NCBI GenBank assembly: GCA_016180435.1
Contig: JACPBG010000002.1
Coordinates: 60,342-124,341 of the forward strand
Length of the DNA: 64,000 nucleotides
Source of the DNA: Candidatus Sungiibacteriota bacterium
Lineage (GTDB): Bacteria > Patescibacteriota > Minisyncoccia > Sungbacterales > HO2-52-23
Direction of reading: 5' to 3'
Shown: one piece after another, positions 60,213 to 64,000 of the stretch
How positions within the stretch are numbered: position 1 is the first letter of the stretch
How the letters are laid out: every line of letters starts with the position of its first letter
Notes under the pieces: model-generated
Told to the model about the DNA's origin: nothing
Databases searched by the model: none
What the model saw: the letters and a program-made list of their open reading frames with translations, nothing else
Position numbers and translations under genes: made by a program

Positions 60213-60998
60213 ATGCATCGCAATACTTTATTGTTAAGATTCTTCGCGGCAGCCATCCTTATCGGGATGTTTATTTTTTTAGGGTGGACTTCAATCGGAG
60301 GATCTGTACGCGGCGGAATTATTTATATTCTCTCTCCTTTATTGCGCTTATCGCAAGAAATAGGGATAAGCGCCGGCTTTTCCTCTTATAGAATTTCTGA
60401 AGATATGGCCAAGGAACTGGCCGGAGAAAATCAGGAATTATCGTCGTTGCGCGTCGAGGTTGAGTTTTTGCGCAAAGAAAATGAGGATTTGCGTTCGGCA
60501 CTTGGATTTAAGAAAGAATCCGGCCTCAATCTTTTTCCGGCAGATGTTGTCAGTTTTGCCAATGAATTAGGGCGCGAATTTTTGATCATAGCTGCGGGTG
60601 GGGAGTTCGGCATCCGCGAAGGAGACATGGCAGTGACGGCTGACCGCGTATTGGTTGGCATGGTGCGCGAGGCGGATCAGGGGTTTTCAAAAATAGAGAT
60701 CGCTTCCAATCCGCTGATTTCGTATGAAGTTAGATTAGTTCCGCTCGGAATTCCGGCCATCGCCAAAGGCATGGGAGGACGCACGTTTTCGCTTGAACTC
60801 ATTCCGCAGGATGCCGCGGTTAAAAAAGGCGATCTGGTTGCAGTTTCGGTTCCGGGAACGGATGAGCAGCTGCTTTTGGCGGAAATTGCCTCTGAAAAGA
60901 TCCTATCCGGTTCTATTTTTCAGGAGGCGCGCGCAGTTATGCTTTTGCGCCCCGAATTTCTTGAATCCGTTTTAATCATTCGGTCTAAGAAACCATAA
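60213..60998 (+). CDS. mreC: rod-shape protein MreC
   Basis: N-terminal TM helix, a coiled-coil (ELSSLRVEVEFLRKENEDLR) and a beta-rich C-terminus. It sits after mreB. Confidence 0.65.
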   Translation: MHRNTLLLRFFAAAILIGMFIFLGWTSIGGSVRGGIIYILSPLLRLSQEIGISAGFSSYRISEDMAKELAGENQELSSLRVEVEFLRKENEDLRSALGFKKESGLNLFPADVVSFANELGREFLIIAAGGEFGIREGDMAVTADRVLVGMVREADQGFSKIEIASNPLISYEVRLVPLGIPAIAKGMGGRTFSLELIPQDAAVKKGDLVAVSVPGTDEQLLLAEIASEKILSGSIFQEARAVMLLRPEFLESVLIIRSKKP

Positions 60999-60999
60999 A

Positions 61000-61105
61000 C
61001 CCCGTTAGAACGGGCGTTCCGCGACCAGCTTATGTGAGCATTATATTACTCCCATCAGCTATTGCTATTTCCACCACTGACAGAGTCAGCGGTGTTCTAA
61101 CGGGG
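61000..61105. repeat. R7 element in the mreC-mreD spacer
   Basis: CCCCGTTAGAAC ... GTTCTAACGGGG, enclosing an unrelated core. Confidence 0.8.
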
Positions 61106-61114
61106 TAAAATAAC

Positions 61115-61702
61115 ATGAAGTCATCGCGTATAGTATTTATCATATTGAGTATTTTTGCGGCCGTGGTTATTGAACGGTCTATCGCCGGGAAAATCGCGCT
61201 ATTCGGAGTTCCGATTCCGCTTTCGGTATTTACAGTCGTTCTTTTGCTCTGGGGGTCTCGTGCCGCATTCCGGATTTGGCTTGCGGTGCTGGCCGGCATT
61301 TTTTTTGATGTGCTATCTATTTATCCCTGGGGGATGTTCACAATAAGTTTTTGTATTGCGGCGCTTGTAATAGGATTCTTGCAGCGCATTTTTGCTCCGG
61401 CATATATTTATCACACCGGGTTTTCGCTGCCGCTTTTTGGCGGATTCGGACCTGCCGGCGCCAATTCTGTTTTGCCGCAAATCATAGGAGCTTGCGTCGG
61501 GATTTTCATTGTTTTATTTTTTGTTTTTTGGGGAGGGATTTGGGTAGAATATGGCGTATCCGGTATTGCGCAAATTCATACAGGATTTTTACAGAGCGTT
61601 TTATCCGGAATTATCCTTTGGTCGGTTTTTATGCCCTTTTTTTCGATAGGCGGTCTGGCGATGGCGAGAAAATTTAGGAAATATTTATGGCGCACAAATT
61701 AA
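61115..61702 (+). CDS. mreD: polytopic membrane protein in the MreD position
   Basis: About 5 hydrophobic helices. It lies between mreC and the PBP2 gene and overlaps the PBP2 start by 16 nt. Confidence 0.45.
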   Translation: MKSSRIVFIILSIFAAVVIERSIAGKIALFGVPIPLSVFTVVLLLWGSRAAFRIWLAVLAGIFFDVLSIYPWGMFTISFCIAALVIGFLQRIFAPAYIYHTGFSLPLFGGFGPAGANSVLPQIIGACVGIFIVLFFVFWGGIWVEYGVSGIAQIHTGFLQSVLSGIILWSVFMPFFSIGGLAMARKFRKYLWRTN

Positions 61703-63606
61703 AAGACATAGACCCCGATGAAATTTTCGTGGATTCGGTCAGCGTTTTGCGCAGCGATGCGGTTGGCGAGGGGAGGTTGGAGCATCCCATAACGCATTTG
61801 GGGCAGCTTTTTTTTATCTTGACGGCCGGAGCTGTTTTGGGATGGATTTTGCTTCGTGCCTGGCAGATAGGGATTGTTCAGGGGGATGAATTTTTGAAAA
61901 AATCCAGGGAGAATAGGTTTTTTGCCCGTTCGGTCCTTTCTCCGCGCGGCGTAATTTTTGACAGATTTGATCGGCCGCTAGCGGAAAATCAGCCGTCTTT
62001 CGGGATATTTTTTAACCGCGATGAATTTTTGCGTTCCGGCGCTTCGCTTGACGATATATTGGAGCGCCTTGCCAATATTTTGGAATTGCCTAAAGATTTT
62101 TTTTATGAATCAGGTTTTCCGCGCGGCGGACAGAATTTTGTGTTTCCGCCCCGGATATTTTTCGGCAGTGAATTTTCTTCGGAAAGAATACTTTCCCGTG
62201 CGGTTTTGCTTGAAGATATTCCGGGGGTTGAAATTGCCGAAGGATATAAAAGGGCCTATGGAGATTCTCCGGCGTATTCTCATGTATTGGGTTTTGTGGG
62301 AAGCGTATCTCCGTCCGATCTTGCCGCTCGTCCGGAATTAAAAGGCGCCGCCATGGTGGGCAGGGGCGGCATTGAGGCGTTTTACGACCGGGAACTTCGG
62401 GGAAAAGACGGGAAAAAGATCATTGAAGTGGATTCTGCCGGCCGCGAGACGCGTTTTCGTTTGACCGAAAATGCGGTTGCGGGATCGGGTATTTCTCTTA
62501 CGCTTGACGGGGCGCTGCAGTCCTTTATTTACGACACTCTTATGCGCTATACCCTCCGTCAAAACGGGGCGGCTGTGGCGGCCTTGAATCCTAAAAACGG
62601 GGAAATTTACGCATTGGTAAGTTTTCCGGGTTTTGACTCAAACCGGATCGGGAACTCTATTTCGCAGAAAGAATTTAATGAGATAGCCGCCGACCCCTTA
62701 AAACCCTTCTTTAATCGGGCGATTTCCGGGGAATTTCCTTCCGGATCAGTCATAAAACCGATCATAGGAGCAGCGGCATTGAGTGAAAAAATCATAGATC
62801 CGCAAAAAAAAATTTATGACGAGGGTTTTATTGCAATCCCTAATCCTTATAAACCCGGCGAGCGGTCTATATTCGTCGATTGGCGGCCCCACGGCTGGAT
62901 AAATTTTTATGATGCGATCGCGCAATCCGCCAACGTTTATTTTTATATGATCGGCGGCGGATTTGAAAGTCAGCCCGGACTTGGCATTGAGCGGATAAAA
63001 AAATATGCAGAAATGTTTGGTTTCGGATCGCGGTTGGGTATTGATCTTCCCGGAGAGAAGAATGGTTTGATTCCGGATCCCGAATGGAAAAAGTTTAATG
63101 AGCCGGTAAATCCTATTTGGCGGGTGGGAGATACATATAACGTATCCATAGGACAGGGCGGAGTCCGGGTGACTCCTCTGCAGCTTACCTCCGCAATTTC
63201 CGCTATCGCCAACGGAGGCACTCTTTGGAGGCCGTTCCTTTTGAAGAAAATTTTTAATCAGGACGGAAGCGTTTTGGAAGAAAAAAGCCCCGAAATTATA
63301 CGTGATGAAATCGTGCCGGAAGATGTTTTGCGCGAAGTGCGTCGCGCCATGCGCCAAACCGTAACTTCCGGTACCGGGAGGATTTTACAGGAAGTTCCGG
63401 TTGCGGTTTCCGCCAAAACAGGCACTGCGCAATCGGGCGAAGGCAAAGTGCCTCACGCTTGGTTTACGGCTTATGCCCCTGCGGATGACCCGGAAATCGC
63501 CATTACCGTTATGGTGGAGCATGCTGGGGAAGGATCAACGGTGGCAGCTCCGATTACCAGGGATATTTTGAGGTGGTATTTTGAGAATAGGAAACAGGGA
63601 AACTAA
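61687..63606 (+). CDS. mrdA: penicillin-binding protein 2 (elongasome transpeptidase)
   Basis: N-terminal TM helix plus the motifs SGSVIKP (SxxK), VSIGQG and KTGTA. Confidence 0.85.
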   Translation: MAHKLKDIDPDEIFVDSVSVLRSDAVGEGRLEHPITHLGQLFFILTAGAVLGWILLRAWQIGIVQGDEFLKKSRENRFFARSVLSPRGVIFDRFDRPLAENQPSFGIFFNRDEFLRSGASLDDILERLANILELPKDFFYESGFPRGGQNFVFPPRIFFGSEFSSERILSRAVLLEDIPGVEIAEGYKRAYGDSPAYSHVLGFVGSVSPSDLAARPELKGAAMVGRGGIEAFYDRELRGKDGKKIIEVDSAGRETRFRLTENAVAGSGISLTLDGALQSFIYDTLMRYTLRQNGAAVAALNPKNGEIYALVSFPGFDSNRIGNSISQKEFNEIAADPLKPFFNRAISGEFPSGSVIKPIIGAAALSEKIIDPQKKIYDEGFIAIPNPYKPGERSIFVDWRPHGWINFYDAIAQSANVYFYMIGGGFESQPGLGIERIKKYAEMFGFGSRLGIDLPGEKNGLIPDPEWKKFNEPVNPIWRVGDTYNVSIGQGGVRVTPLQLTSAISAIANGGTLWRPFLLKKIFNQDGSVLEEKSPEIIRDEIVPEDVLREVRRAMRQTVTSGTGRILQEVPVAVSAKTGTAQSGEGKVPHAWFTAYAPADDPEIAITVMVEHAGEGSTVAAPITRDILRWYFENRKQGN

Positions 63607-63676
63607 AACACAAAACCCGTTAAGATAAATTCCTAATTATCTAATTGTCTAATTTCTAATAAAATGCCAAATTATA

Positions 63677-63847
63677 AAATTTTAACTTGCTAATTCCGAC
63701 TAGCTTGCTGGTTGGTTACAATTGGTAGGTTCTCGACCCGCTTCGCTCTCGCTCCAGCGAGGCGAGCAGGCTCGAACAATATTTTTCGAGCGAAGTCGAG
63801 AAGATACCTTTGATGATACCGACCTGCTTGCAGGTCGGAGGTTCATT
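63677..63847 (+). repeat. R5 long hairpin element, copy 2, carrying a nested R2b insert, itself nested in a (CTAATTT)-type hairpin
   Basis: Same sequence as 47250-47411, plus 30 extra nt (63738-63767). It is flanked by cctaattatctaattgtctaatttctaataaaat and attttattagatgaattagaaattagg. Confidence 0.85.
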
Positions 63848-63941
63848 TTAGGCCTTAGAAATTTTATTAGATGAATTAGAAATTAGGTGAATTTTGATTT
63901 ATTGGTTTTATAAGTATTTTATGTATTGTGTATATTACATA

Positions 63942-63970
63942 TTGACTTAAGATATGTCATAAGTTAGTAT
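63942..63970 (+). promoter_or_regulatory. sigma-70-like promoter for a gene starting at 63981 (cut by the window end)
   Basis: TTGACT, 17 nt, TAGTAT. An ATG lies at 63981 and the frame is open to the end of the window. Confidence 0.45.
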
Positions 63971-64000
63971 TATTTCTATCATGTCCGAATACCTTTCAGA

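Noticed and set aside
1-64000. Prophage, integrative element, retron, DGR, restriction-modification or known defence-system genes.
   Set aside because: Reading all track ORFs, I found no integrase, transposase, reverse transcriptase, terminase/capsid, methyltransferase-endonuclease pair, Cas protein or other hallmark. Only the TA pairs and the uncharacterised modules are reported above.

Overview
This 64-kb window looks like a streamlined Patescibacteria/CPR (Parcubacteria-like) chromosome. That assignment is an inference from gene content. I found no rRNA or canonical tRNA gene, no CRISPR array, and no transposase, integrase, Cas or reverse-transcriptase ORF.

Gene content:
- Housekeeping backbone: mnmA, rpoD-like sigma factor, a short alaS, and the alpha-operon block infA-rpmJ-rpsM-rpsK-rpsD-rpoA-rplQ followed by rplM-rpsI. 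Also murA, two mreB paralogs (one in an mreBCD-PBP2 operon), holB, frr, tlyA, rseP, trxB, gdhA, gap and proS.
- A glycogen/sugar block: PGI/PMI, glgA, a GH13 enzyme and a ROK kinase.

Four observations stand out:
1. At least eight families of short palindromic or heptamer-based repeats saturate the window. They sit between ribosomal-protein genes. They are also spliced in-frame into housekeeping CDSs (mnmA, gdhA, proS, a TlpA-like redoxin, the holB 3' end). This resembles Rickettsia RPEs, but with several families involved.
2. One roughly 120-nt intergenic element family keeps its helices through compensatory base changes. That makes it a candidate structured RNA.
3. An AT-rich accessory island lies after rpsI. 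It carries an orphan Cys/His-rich protein and a GHKL-ATPase plus STAS-like (DUF4325-like) pair behind a promoter with a perfect 19-bp palindrome.
4. A thiol-redox neighbourhood contains the unit [toxin-antitoxin pair followed by a ~580-aa protein with more than 30 cysteines and multiple zinc ribbons] twice in tandem. The first copy is translationally coupled to hicA.

I consider items 3 and 4, plus the in-frame repeat invasion, the best candidates for undescribed biology. All functional calls come from motif reading only. No searches were run.
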